A DNA stretch of 64,000 nucleotides, from the NCBI GenBank assembly GCA_047616645.1, contig JBLHIH010000001.1, positions 14,775 through 78,774 on the forward strand, written 5' to 3'. The translations under genes were made by a program, and so were the position numbers. The DNA is from Flavobacterium sp. GTDB lineage: Bacteria > Pseudomonadota > Gammaproteobacteria > Pseudomonadales > Azotimanducaceae. Position 1 is the stretch's first letter. Every line of letters begins with the position of its first letter. Below are positions 37,936 through 47,315 of this stretch, in pieces. The notes under the pieces are model-generated. The model saw only the letters and a program-made list of their open reading frames with translations. It made no database searches and was not told where the DNA came from.

Positions 37936-38174
37936 ACAGGATAGCCTTTTGCTTTCGACCTCTTCTTACACTCTCGGCTGATATTTGCACAAGAAATAGC
38001 GGCGCCAGGGGCTGGTTTGAATTTTTTCCCACTGCAGCGGTAAGCTCTATCAGCAAGTTTATAATTAGATAACAATGCAATGTCACCCGGATTACGTCCA
38101 CAATAGGTCAGCGGTAATGACAGTATTATTATTACTAAAAAACGGCTAGATAATTGTTTTAAATAAGAATTCAT
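37929..38174 (-). CDS. small secreted/lipoprotein-like Cys-rich protein of unknown function
   Basis: 81-aa ORF with a hydrophobic N-terminus ending LTYC and four more Cys. Overlaps the start of the downstream 440-aa gene by 7 nt. Confidence 0.4.
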   Translation of the reverse strand: MNSYLKQLSSRFLVIIILSLPLTYCGRNPGDIALLSNYKLADRAYRCSGKKFKPAPGAAISCANISRECKKRSKAKGYPVC

Positions 38175-38260
38175 ACGTAAACAGATAATGTGTAATAAAT
38201 TGAGTATAGTGTGTGGATTGGAAAGGTGAAAATAATAATAAATAAATAATAAAAGGTGCG

Positions 38261-40750
38261 ATGATGGAACATGATCTGGTTCAGATAGCTGAGTTGGTCA
38301 CCGGTATTACGCTACTCATGTTAATTGCGGCGATTACGACTATGTTGAGTAAACATGTCAGTAAATTGCCGCTTACTATCGCTTTAGTGTTTGTGGGTGT
38401 AGGCGTGTCTTACGCCTCTCATAATATTGCAGCATTTCACTCCCTTGCAAATTTCACACTCAGTCCAGAACTGGTTCTTTTTGTCTTCATACCAACACTT
38501 ATTTTCGAGTCAGCTTTCAATCTCAATGCACGTCAGGTAGGCAGAAATATCTTACCTATTCTTACGCTTGCGGTGCCCGGGTTACTCATTTCGACTGCTA
38601 TCATTGGATCAATTTTCGCTTTCTTCTCTCCTTTTAGCTTGTTAGTTGCATTGTTATTAGGTGCGATATTGAGTGCTACGGATCCAGTGGCGGTTATTTC
38701 CATCTTTAAACAGCTTGGTGTACCGGATCGTTTAACTGTATTGGTTGAAGGGGAGAGTCTTCTTAATGATGCAACGTCTCTTGTACTCGCGACGCTACTG
38801 ATTGGAATATTGTCAGCTGGGACTTTTTCTTCTGGGGTTATCGTTGATGGAATTGGAGAGTTTTTTGTTGTTTTCTTTGGCGGCGCTTTCGTTGGTTGGA
38901 TATTGGCTGTCATCACTGGTCAGTTGCTCGGAAGCATTGAGTCAGATCCTGACATCGAAATAACGTTGTCTACCATTTTAGCTTATTTTTCTTTTATCAT
39001 TGCCGAACATGTTTTCCATGTTAGTGGCATTATGGCCGTAGTGGCAGCTGGAATGGTTATTGGTTCGTGGGGTAAATCAAAAATATCCCCATCTTCAGTT
39101 TCTTTTATGGAGCACTTTTGGGAGTACTTAGCTTATCTTGCAAATGTATTGATTTTTCTGATGGTGGGAATGCAGATAGAACTTGCGATTCTTTGGGAAA
39201 ATATCGATCTTATCTTTTTGGTAGTTGGTGGAATGTTGATCTCTAGGGCAATTGTCGTCTTTGGTATCGTCCCCTTAGTTGGGAAAATACCAGGTACCGA
39301 GCCAATCGGATTGCCATATCAGATGGTCATGTATTGGGGTGGATTACGAGGGGCGATTGCATTGGCGATTGTGTTGGCAATGCCCCCATTTGAATACAAA
39401 GATACGCTTATTGCTGTTGTCATGGGTGCTGTGCTTTTTACATTAATTGTTCAAGGACTCTCGATAGAATTCCTGGTTAAGAAGCTCGGTTTGGACAAAT
39501 TGAGCGTCGCTGACAACCTCGCTCAGCTAGATGGCGATCGCAAGGCTAGAATTGAAGGTTTGTCACGTTTGGATACTTTGGTCAGCAGCGGTTTATTCTC
39601 TCAGCGTATTGCTGACAATATGAGGGAAAAAGGGCAGAGGCAAATTGAGGACATCGGTACAGAAGTAAAACAGCTGCACCAAACTATGGATTCTGGTTCG
39701 ATGACGAATACCTTAGCGCTTCGTTGCCTTGTTCGAGAAAAAGCGCGTTACTCTGAATTGTTCTCTCAAGGCTTAATTAATGAGTGGGCCTATAGAGAAC
39801 TGGATCACAATACCGATGTACAAATCGACGGCGTAAGATACAGCAACTTGCTTCCTGGTCTCAGTCTAAATGTATCTATCAGTAAGCGCTTCAGTCTTGT
39901 CCTTATGAGTATTCTCGATTATATTCCTGGGGCAGGTGGTGTCTTAGAAAACTTACGAACACAATGGATAGTGCGAGATTATGGTGCTGCATGGGGTCGC
40001 TACCGCGCGAGTATGAGTGTTCTAGATGAAATACATAATATCGCTGGTGATGAAATTGACAGTGATACAGAATCAAAAATAAAAACGGTCTACGAAGAAA
40101 TTGCTGGCCATGCCAAGAGTATGATTGACGACTTTGGTGAACAATTTCCAGAATTTGTTGAGACAATGCAGGAGCAATTGGGTCAGAGGTTGATGCTTAT
40201 TGCAGAGCGCGATTCTGTTAAACATAGCGCAGGCCTTGGATTGGTACCATCGAGTATCGCAGGTAAAATACTGAAGGATCAATCCGAGCGAATTCGTATG
40301 TTAGCCAAAGATAATATGACGGCATACTTTGAAATAAGTGTGGACGAACTGTTAAGTAAAGTCCCTTTATTTTCAGAGCTTGATGCCAGTCATTATCCAT
40401 TGATTGCTAAGAACCTCAGAGCAAAAACCGTTGCAGCTGGAACGAACATCATTAAGCAGGGGCAATCAGGTGATTCCATGTTTCTTATTGCGCGAGGCAT
40501 TGCAAATGTGACTGTTTCGGAAAACGGTGTCGAGAAGCAGGTTGCTAGTTTGTATGCAGGTGACTTTTTTGGAGAGTCCGCCTTGCTTCATCGGTCGCCA
40601 AGAAATGCAACGACAACTGCAGCAACGCCTTGTTCATGTTACGAGCTGAAAGGAGCTGACCTTGATAAAATTTGTGAAGCCTATCCAGAGATTAGAAGGG
40701 GAGTAGAGTTGGTTGACGAAAAAAGAAAAATGGCTAACGCTTCTGAATAG
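38261..40750 (+). CDS. CPA1-family Na+(K+)/H+ antiporter fused to a long linker and a C-terminal cyclic-nucleotide-binding domain
   Basis: 829-aa ORF. About 420-aa polytopic exchanger domain (ATDPVAV, ESLLNDA motifs). C-terminal cNMP-binding beta-barrel (GDSMFLIARG ... GDFFGESALL ... RNATTTA). Confidence 0.8.
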   Translation: MMEHDLVQIAELVTGITLLMLIAAITTMLSKHVSKLPLTIALVFVGVGVSYASHNIAAFHSLANFTLSPELVLFVFIPTLIFESAFNLNARQVGRNILPILTLAVPGLLISTAIIGSIFAFFSPFSLLVALLLGAILSATDPVAVISIFKQLGVPDRLTVLVEGESLLNDATSLVLATLLIGILSAGTFSSGVIVDGIGEFFVVFFGGAFVGWILAVITGQLLGSIESDPDIEITLSTILAYFSFIIAEHVFHVSGIMAVVAAGMVIGSWGKSKISPSSVSFMEHFWEYLAYLANVLIFLMVGMQIELAILWENIDLIFLVVGGMLISRAIVVFGIVPLVGKIPGTEPIGLPYQMVMYWGGLRGAIALAIVLAMPPFEYKDTLIAVVMGAVLFTLIVQGLSIEFLVKKLGLDKLSVADNLAQLDGDRKARIEGLSRLDTLVSSGLFSQRIADNMREKGQRQIEDIGTEVKQLHQTMDSGSMTNTLALRCLVREKARYSELFSQGLINEWAYRELDHNTDVQIDGVRYSNLLPGLSLNVSISKRFSLVLMSILDYIPGAGGVLENLRTQWIVRDYGAAWGRYRASMSVLDEIHNIAGDEIDSDTESKIKTVYEEIAGHAKSMIDDFGEQFPEFVETMQEQLGQRLMLIAERDSVKHSAGLGLVPSSIAGKILKDQSERIRMLAKDNMTAYFEISVDELLSKVPLFSELDASHYPLIAKNLRAKTVAAGTNIIKQGQSGDSMFLIARGIANVTVSENGVEKQVASLYAGDFFGESALLHRSPRNATTTAATPCSCYELKGADLDKICEAYPEIRRGVELVDEKRKMANASE

Positions 40751-40787
40751 AACGCTGAAATTGTATTATATTTGATCAATTATTTCT

Positions 40788-41336
40788 TTACTTGGGGTCT
40801 CCGTTTGTGGAGGGTTCTTTGTTAGCTGAGGGTTCTTTACTTGCTGAAGGCTCCTTGTTAGCTGAAGGCTCTGTTCCAAAGTGCTCGTGCTGCCTTGGAT
40901 TTTTCTCTGTATTTGGTGTGAATCCGCTTTGAAATGATGCTATGACACCATCTGTATGATTTTTGATGGATCGAACTACGCCCCCTTTTTTGTATTCATT
41001 GATGAGCATATCTTCCACCTTGTTAATATATTCATTCGAAGAAATATTAGCGTCTGCATGTTCCTTTGATTCAAATAGGTTGATCCACTGATCAGATTTG
41101 GAGCCGAATTTTAAAAGGTCTCTATAGTATTTGTCGGGTTCTTCAGGCCGAGTTATTATCCCATATAGCGCAGCCCCGATTGATATGGGGCTCAGCAATA
41201 CGTCTCGTAAGCCATCGAGCACAAGTTTAAGCTGAAAGCGGACAACATCGCGGATTAACTGCCAATTGTTTGACTTTTTTCCTGCTTTATTTTTGGTATC
41301 TACAGCGTCGTTTTTTCCCTTACCGTGATCTATCAT
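40788..41336 (-). CDS. hypothetical protein with C-terminal EPSA(N/S)K tandem repeats
   Basis: 182-aa ORF with a basic N-terminus and one hydrophobic segment (LLSPISIGAALYGII). I recognise no family. Confidence 0.4.
   Translation of the reverse strand: MIDHGKGKNDAVDTKNKAGKKSNNWQLIRDVVRFQLKLVLDGLRDVLLSPISIGAALYGIITRPEEPDKYYRDLLKFGSKSDQWINLFESKEHADANISSNEYINKVEDMLINEYKKGGVVRSIKNHTDGVIASFQSGFTPNTEKNPRQHEHFGTEPSANKEPSASKEPSANKEPSTNGDPK
40810..40877 (-). repeat. in-frame 18-nt tandem repeat x3.8 (encodes EPSANK/EPSASK units)
   Basis: Plus-strand units are gagggttctttgttagct / gagggttctttacttgct / gaaggctccttgttagct / gaaggctctgttcc. Confidence 0.85.
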
Positions 41337-41873
41337 TTACCGTGTTTATCCTCCTGTCATAATCTAAAAATATCACGCTTAACAAGTTTCGATTGTAAAT
41401 CCTTGATCTACACTTAGTCCATAAGAGTTCGAGTTTATCTATGTCAGCTGTTTTATCCTTGCCTCCAGGATTTGAGGTATATTTTAATTTTGAAAACCCG
41501 ATCTTACGAGAGGAGGTTTCTAAACTGCCTTTTATGAGCCCTATTCTGTTACAAAAGGATGTTGACATTCTGCTTGTTGATTCTCTGAAACTGGCCGAAG
41601 AAGTAAATTATTCCCACCTCGTTTTAATCGACACAAGTTTGCGCACCAAAATATGTCCCTGAAAAAACATTTCTGCATTCTGTTCACTTAGAAGATAAAT
41701 GGGGACCTGAATTACTTGGACTTGTTTCAGCCATCGGTCAGGGCCATGGAGAAAGTATATTGAACGCGCAAGGCAGGCTTCTATCTTAGTTAGAGAGGGT
41801 TACTTGCAGTTTAGAGGAAACAATAATTTGGACTAATGAGAAATTTGAAATCATCAGTTTTACAGAGAATGCA

Positions 41874-43474
41874 GTGACTATGTTTAAGCAAGATATAAGT
41901 CAAATTCAGGGGAGCAAATTTCAAGAAATAGTGCAATCGGAAGAAGAAGATCTTTTTGCATTATTAACAAAAAGAGCGTGGGTAAACGCAAGTGAAAAGC
42001 TTGGTATATGTGGGACTTTAAAAAGTGGAGGTAAAATCTATCTCAATATTGGTATTAAGCGCATTGGCAAAAATAGATATCAACTTAACTTAGTGGACGT
42101 TTCTTCCCAAAAAGCTGCTGACAAACGTTTTATCAAATTAGCTAACTATGACCCCGTCACGGGACTTGCAAATCGGGGCTTACTGTTAGAGTTTTTACAA
42201 CGTACGATCAACAGGAGCAAACATGGTGGAAAGTTAGTAGCGCTTCTCTGCTTAATTTAAACCACTTTAATCGTATTGATGATAAGACAGGCGTACAGCT
42301 AAGCGATGAAGTATTGAAAGCCGCAGCGGAAAGACTACAGTTTTTAGTTCACGATAATGACATGTTAGCAAGATGGGGTGGCGATGAGCTCGCACTTGTC
42401 ATGGAAGATTTACAATATATCGACAGTGTTAGTCGTATCGCCGAAAAAATCGTTTCGATCTATTCTAATCCATTTGTGATTGAGGGACATGAGTATTACG
42501 TTTCACCCAGTATAGGCATTGCTGTCTTTCCAGAGGCTGAAGATACGATAAACGGATTAATTCAAGCTGCAGATACAGCTATGTATGAAGCTAAAACTCA
42601 AGGAGGACGTAATACTTATCGATTCTATCAATCAAAATTGCAGGAAGACACGGAAGAACGTGCATCCATAGAACGACAATTGAGCCGAGCGCTTGATCAT
42701 AATGAACATGAACTGCACTGCCAGCCAAAGGTTTCTATCACAGGAGAAAGCGTTGTTGGTTTTGAAGCACTGTTAAGATGGAATCATCCTGATTGGCAAA
42801 ATGTCAGCCCTGAAAAATACATAGCTGTTGCAGAGAATTCTGGTTTAATTAAGCCCATAGGTGACTGGGTAATTCGCCAAGCTTGTATGCAAATGGGGAT
42901 TTGGATTGACAAATATTCACAAATGCGTGATTGCAGTATTGCTGTTAACGTTTCACCAAAACAGTTTAATGATCCATATTTGCCAGGGCGGATCGCGGTG
43001 ATACTCGCAGCATCAAATTTAGATGCGGCGAGATTAGAAATTGAAATCACAGAATCTGCGATAATGGATAACCCCGTTCAAACAATTGACATCCTTCAGA
43101 AAATTCATGAACTTGGAATTAAAATCACCATTGACGATTTTGGTACCGGTTATTCGTCGTTAAGTTACTTAAGCAAAATGCCCATTGATTGTTTCAAAAT
43201 TGATAGGAGCTTTGTTCTTGATATTGGCTTAAACCATTCTACTGAATCAATTATTCAGGCCATCTTAGTGATGTCGTCAGAACTCGGCTTAACGAATGTT
43301 GCAGAGGGTATCGAAACTGTAGAACAGATGGGCTTTTTTAGAAAGACAAACTGTGATGTTCTTCAAGGTTATTTGTTTAGCAAAGCGAGGTCAGAGGAGG
43401 GCATCGATATGCTATTTTCTGGGGACTACCTGCCACTACACCAATCGCTGAGTAAGCTTGAGCTCGGTCGGTAA
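41874..43474 (+). pseudogene. PAS-like / degenerate GGDEF / EAL signalling protein gene interrupted by a 1-nt frameshift
   Basis: ORF 41874-42260 ends ...DPVTGLANRGLL...GGKLVALLCLI*. The next frame continues (L)NLNHFNRIDDKTGVQLSDEVL...RWGGDELALV and then an intact-looking EAL domain (EALLRW, DDFGTGYSSLSYL, QGYLFSKA). The frames join near 42240-42257. Upstream, 41441-41873 has only broken frames. Confidence 0.7.
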
Positions 43475-43477
43475 AGT

Positions 43478-44548
43478 TTAGTCATTAATAGATGGCTCAT
43501 TATGCGCTTTATTCATTACTTTTAACAAATCCTCTTGAGAGCCGGAGGCAATTATTCTGTCCTGCTTTTGCTCTAGTTGGTAGTCATACATGGGGTCATA
43601 ATATTGCGTGAGTAACAAGGCAATCCATTTTTTGTGGCCTTGACTGTCACCTTTTCGATGCAGGTTAAATGCATTTAGCATCAATCCACTCGCCTCTTTG
43701 TAGGCAATACCTCCCAATCGTTTTCGAATCGAAAACAAGGATTTCTCATACTTTTCTTGAAGTGAGGAAAGGGCGATAGTGGGTTCTGCATATTCATCTA
43801 ATTGGTCTAATACATACTCCTGAAATATCCTATCCACGCGATTTTCCACACTATCCTCTAAAAGCAGAATGGATGCCTTTTTCATTCCATCTTGAAGCGC
43901 CTGAGGTACATTTAAACGACCTATTAGTCTACCCTCATCTTCGACGAAAACGCGACTAGGTGACTTTAATAAGTCGATTGCGATCATGTTTTCGAAGTTA
44001 ATTTGTGTTGGCTGAAGCGTCAACTTGCTACCAAATGCAGAGCCTCTATGATTTGCTCTGCCTTCGAGGTCTATATAAGCGGGAGCGCGAATTAATAACG
44101 CTGTCTTGCCTGTACCTGTACGCCCAGAAATAATGACTAATTTGGGTAATTGTGTAAATACTTGTAGTAGAGATTGTCGAAGTGCTTTGTAGCCTCCTTC
44201 AATTTTTTTAACATCATATCCAGCTTTACTTAACCATTTTTGGGCAATACTAGATCGCTGACCTCCCCGAAAACAATAAAGCAGCGTGGCCGGGTTGCGT
44301 TCTAAAAGCTCGATCCATTGCCTAATAATACGATCTTTTTTCTCTCCTTGTACTAGCTTATGGCCGAGTAGGGTAGCTGCCTCCGGACCTTGATTCTTAT
44401 AGCAGATACCGATTTGCTCTCGATCCAAGTCATCTAGAATTGGCAAATTGCTCGCCGTGGGAAACGCGCCTTGTTGAAATTCAACTGGCGCTCTCACATC
44501 AAGTAGTGGCAAGTTCTTGGTGAAAATGGCGTGATATGAATCCAACAC
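43478..44548 (-). CDS. selU: tRNA 2-selenouridine synthase (rhodanese + P-loop)
   Basis: 356-aa ORF collinear with E. coli SelU/YbbB. LLDVRAPVEFQQGAFP, ICYKNQG, active-site CFRGGQRS, IEGGYKALRQ, Walker A GRTGTGKT, DLEGRANHRGSAFG, YYDPMYDYQLEQK. Confidence 0.9.
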   Translation of the reverse strand: MLDSYHAIFTKNLPLLDVRAPVEFQQGAFPTASNLPILDDLDREQIGICYKNQGPEAATLLGHKLVQGEKKDRIIRQWIELLERNPATLLYCFRGGQRSSIAQKWLSKAGYDVKKIEGGYKALRQSLLQVFTQLPKLVIISGRTGTGKTALLIRAPAYIDLEGRANHRGSAFGSKLTLQPTQINFENMIAIDLLKSPSRVFVEDEGRLIGRLNVPQALQDGMKKASILLLEDSVENRVDRIFQEYVLDQLDEYAEPTIALSSLQEKYEKSLFSIRKRLGGIAYKEASGLMLNAFNLHRKGDSQGHKKWIALLLTQYYDPMYDYQLEQKQDRIIASGSQEDLLKVMNKAHNEPSIND

Positions 44549-44662
44549 TTAGAAACCTTCATTTACAATGCTAAATTTTATGCTATCCGAACATAAAACA
44601 CCCACATCTTTAAAAATAAGTGGGTTAAACTTAGTCTTACTAAAATTAAGACGCTCTATCTT

Positions 44663-45280
44663 ATGTTAAATTCATTTAAAACATGCTTAAGCATTGTGTT
44701 CATCGTATTTACCGCAATAAATAGTGATTCAATATATGCGGATAAGTTTGCTGATACGCTACAAGACTTTGTCGGCGCTGCGGAATCAGAATCGATGATC
44801 AATGATGCCTATGCGTATGCAATATTTCCTACCATCGCTAAAGGTGGTTTTACCCTCGGTGCCGCTTACGGTAAAGGAAAAATATTTGTCGGCAAAAATT
44901 TGGCTGGCGATATGACAATGAGCCAAGTGAGCTTTGGGTTTCAATTTGGTGGGCAGACGTATAGTCAACTGGTACTTCTAAAAGATAAGCGCGCTGTAGA
45001 TGAATTTGTTTCAGGTAGCTTTGAGTTCGGCACCCAAGCCACTGCCGTGGCCTTAATGCTGGGAGCTAATGCTGAAGCATCTACTCGTGGTCAATCTATA
45101 GGACATGCTAACGCGGATAGTGCTGAAGTTTCGGCCAACTATTATAAAGGCATGGCGGTTTATACCATCGCCAAAGGTGGGTTGATGTATGAGGCGTCTA
45201 TTGCAGGGCAAAAGTTTGATTATCGTGGAATAGGAGAGATCCCTGATGTAGAGGATCTGAGTATTCAAAAAATCGAATGA
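44663..45280 (+). CDS. secreted SYLF (Ysc84-like, DUF500) lipid-binding domain protein
   Basis: 205-aa ORF with a signal peptide. AYAIFPTIAKGGFTLGAAYGKG and GFQFGGQTYSQ blocks typical of SYLF domains. Confidence 0.6.
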   Translation: MLNSFKTCLSIVFIVFTAINSDSIYADKFADTLQDFVGAAESESMINDAYAYAIFPTIAKGGFTLGAAYGKGKIFVGKNLAGDMTMSQVSFGFQFGGQTYSQLVLLKDKRAVDEFVSGSFEFGTQATAVALMLGANAEASTRGQSIGHANADSAEVSANYYKGMAVYTIAKGGLMYEASIAGQKFDYRGIGEIPDVEDLSIQKIE

Positions 45281-45550
45281 TCCGATAGAGAACACGCGTT
45301 TAACTCCCTTTGTTTCTTTCAGTTTGGACATACTGCTAATTTTTATTTGATTTAACATAATATATATTATACGTAATCTTATATGTTGATATGGTGAGGT
45401 AATGCCATGATTAATAGTGTCTGACAGACTAAAAGTCTTACTTTAATCACAAGTACACATCAGCTGGTTCAGTATCAAAAGCCCTCACTAGCGCCCGATT
45501 CCATATGCAACTCGGTGCTTGCGGTCAAATTTGGAATCGTCAAATAAAAA

Positions 45551-46603
45551 TCAAATAAGACTGTCAGCGCTAATAACTTCACCGCTGCGATCACACTCAT
45601 AACCTGGTAGTTTATTTACCACGATTTGGAATTCACTGTCAGCCAGTGTCGAGATAAACGCTTGAATGTCTGGATCATGTTCGGCAACCAATGGATATGC
45701 CCACAAATAGTATTCCTGAGCTATTGGCGCAAAACCTAAATTAAATCGGCGAGCAGCTGTTTCTACGCCAAATCCAACGTCTGCCATGCCCGAGGCAATG
45801 TGCGCAGCGACAGCTGAGTGTGTGAATTCTTGATCGCTGTAGCCATCAATTTTAGAAAAATCGATATGTTGATTTTTTAAGAGTTGTTCTAACAGTACTC
45901 TGGTCCCAGAAGTATCTTGACGATTGATAAACCGGAAACCACCTTTACCTAAATCGCTAATTCTGCTGATAGCAAAGGGATTGTCATCAGCAAAAATTAA
46001 ACCTTGCTGGCGGCGTACAAAACGAATTATACCGAAGCGACTAGGGTCAAGTAGCTCACGATAACGGGCCTTTTGGGCGGGTATTTCTAGATTAATAGCT
46101 TGGTGAAAGCCAGCTATACGACAGCGTCCTTCATTTAGCGCAATTAATGCGTGCTCTGGCGAGTGGTAATGCATTTCAACCTGAGAATAGCGTGTAAATT
46201 CGGTCATCGCTGCGACAGCGTAACCGTGACTTGCAAATATCCGAACAACTGGCTCATCGCTGGCTAAGATATTTTGCAGCTCGACATTCAATTCGCTGGA
46301 CAAACTTTCGGCTTCTGGGTGCAGGCGCGCTTCAATACGTTGGTTACTGCGTAGTAGTTTCATCCCTAAAGGCAATAAAGTAGCGCCGCGCCCTTTTTCT
46401 AGTATGACCAAGGGACTACCAAAAAAGACTTCACTATCGCGTAGTAAATTCCAAGCATGCCGGTACGAAATGCCGACGCCTTTAGCCGCTTGGGTCAAAC
46501 GACCAGTGCGGTTTATTCCGTCTAAAAGCGGTAAGAGGTTGTCATGCAGGCTCTGACCCTTCTCGTTTTCGAATCCCCATTTGGGAATGACTTTAATATG
46601 CAT
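45551..46603 (-). CDS. ModE-N-terminal-type HTH transcriptional regulator fused to a periplasmic-binding-protein-like (PBP_like) sensor domain
   Basis: 350-aa ORF. N-terminus LLDGINRTGRLTQAAKGVGISYRHAWNLL...EKGRGATLLPLG matches the ModE/LysR-type HTH_1. The C-terminal half has FINRQDTSGTRVLLEQLL, as in oxyanion-binding PBP_like domains. Divergent from fdsG. Confidence 0.6.
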   Translation of the reverse strand: MHIKVIPKWGFENEKGQSLHDNLLPLLDGINRTGRLTQAAKGVGISYRHAWNLLRDSEVFFGSPLVILEKGRGATLLPLGMKLLRSNQRIEARLHPEAESLSSELNVELQNILASDEPVVRIFASHGYAVAAMTEFTRYSQVEMHYHSPEHALIALNEGRCRIAGFHQAINLEIPAQKARYRELLDPSRFGIIRFVRRQQGLIFADDNPFAISRISDLGKGGFRFINRQDTSGTRVLLEQLLKNQHIDFSKIDGYSDQEFTHSAVAAHIASGMADVGFGVETAARRFNLGFAPIAQEYYLWAYPLVAEHDPDIQAFISTLADSEFQIVVNKLPGYECDRSGEVISADSLI

Positions 46604-46680
46604 AAAATATCATATTTGGATAACTATAAAGTTTTGTTAGAGTAGCAAATTCAAGGGGAATAGAAAACAAATAGGTAATT

Positions 46681-46702
46681 TTTTGCATATATATATACAA
46701 AA
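46681..46702. promoter_or_regulatory. near-perfect 22-bp AT-rich palindrome in the regulator/fdsG divergent promoter region
   Basis: TTTTGCATATATATATACAAAA, with one symmetric mismatch pair. Confidence 0.25.
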
Positions 46703-46727
46703 ATAAAAAAGGTTGAAAATGCTAAAA

Positions 46728-46755
46728 CCTAGATAAAGCTAAGCCTAGATAAAGC
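46728..46755. promoter_or_regulatory. perfect 12-bp direct repeat CCTAGATAAAGC x2 (16-bp period) 36 nt upstream of fdsG
   Basis: Read directly: CCTAGATAAAGC-taag-CCTAGATAAAGC. Confidence 0.3.
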
Positions 46756-46790
46756 ACAAATAATATACCCTATATAAAGGTATCTAGTGA

Positions 46791-47315
46791 ATGAACAAAA
46801 ATAACCTCATCTACTCTCATCAAGATGAAACAAAAAGAAGCATAGAGCTCATAATAGAAGGCCTAATAGATAAGCCAGGCGCCCTGCTGCCTATTTTGCA
46901 TGAAATACAAAACCAACTTGGTTATGTACCGCAAAATGCGACCCCTATTCTTGCTAGAAAATTGAATTTGTCACGCGCTGAGGTACACGGTGTTATCAGC
47001 TTTTATCATCATTTCAGCTCTAAACCCCGGGGCAAACATATCATTGAAGTCTGCCGTGCCGAGTCTTGTCAGTCAGTTGGAGGCAGAGATCTTGAGCAAT
47101 ATGCTAAAGACAAGCTTAAGCTGGATTGGTACGAAACCAGTCTTGATGGTCAATTTACCTTAGAACCCGTTTATTGCTTGGGAAACTGTGCATGTTCACC
47201 CGCTGTCCGTGTTGGCAAAAAAATACTAGGCCGTGTAGATACTCAGCGCTTTGATCAGCTCTTGGTAGACCTTGAAAAGACACAAATAATGACCAAAGAG
47301 GAAGCCGAATCGTGA
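46791..47315 (+). CDS. fdsG: NAD-dependent formate dehydrogenase gamma subunit (NuoE-like 2Fe-2S)
   Basis: 174-aa ORF. NuoE-type Cys pattern (CRAESC ... CLGNCACSP). Upstream of the NuoF-like subunit. Confidence 0.85.
   Translation: MNKNNLIYSHQDETKRSIELIIEGLIDKPGALLPILHEIQNQLGYVPQNATPILARKLNLSRAEVHGVISFYHHFSSKPRGKHIIEVCRAESCQSVGGRDLEQYAKDKLKLDWYETSLDGQFTLEPVYCLGNCACSPAVRVGKKILGRVDTQRFDQLLVDLEKTQIMTKEEAES

Noticed and set aside
41320-41568. 82-aa minus-strand ORF, and the 73-aa plus-strand ORF at 41441-41662, in the gap upstream of the GGDEF-EAL gene.
   Set aside because: Neither has recognisable motifs. The region looks like degraded 5' sequence of the signalling gene, so I did not call either as a gene.
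45281-45550. 270-bp gap between convergent genes, examined for a tRNA, sRNA or terminator. It contains the GTCTGACAGAC palindrome and an AGAC-TAAAA-GTCT mini-hairpin.
   Set aside because: There is no tRNA-like T-arm or anticodon structure and no convincing stem plus U-tract. The structures are too short to support a call.
46604-46790. Moco (molybdenum cofactor) riboswitch upstream of the fds operon.
   Set aside because: The spacer is very AT-rich and lacks the GC-rich conserved stems I associate with that motif. Protein-mediated regulation by the divergent ModE-like regulator seems more likely.
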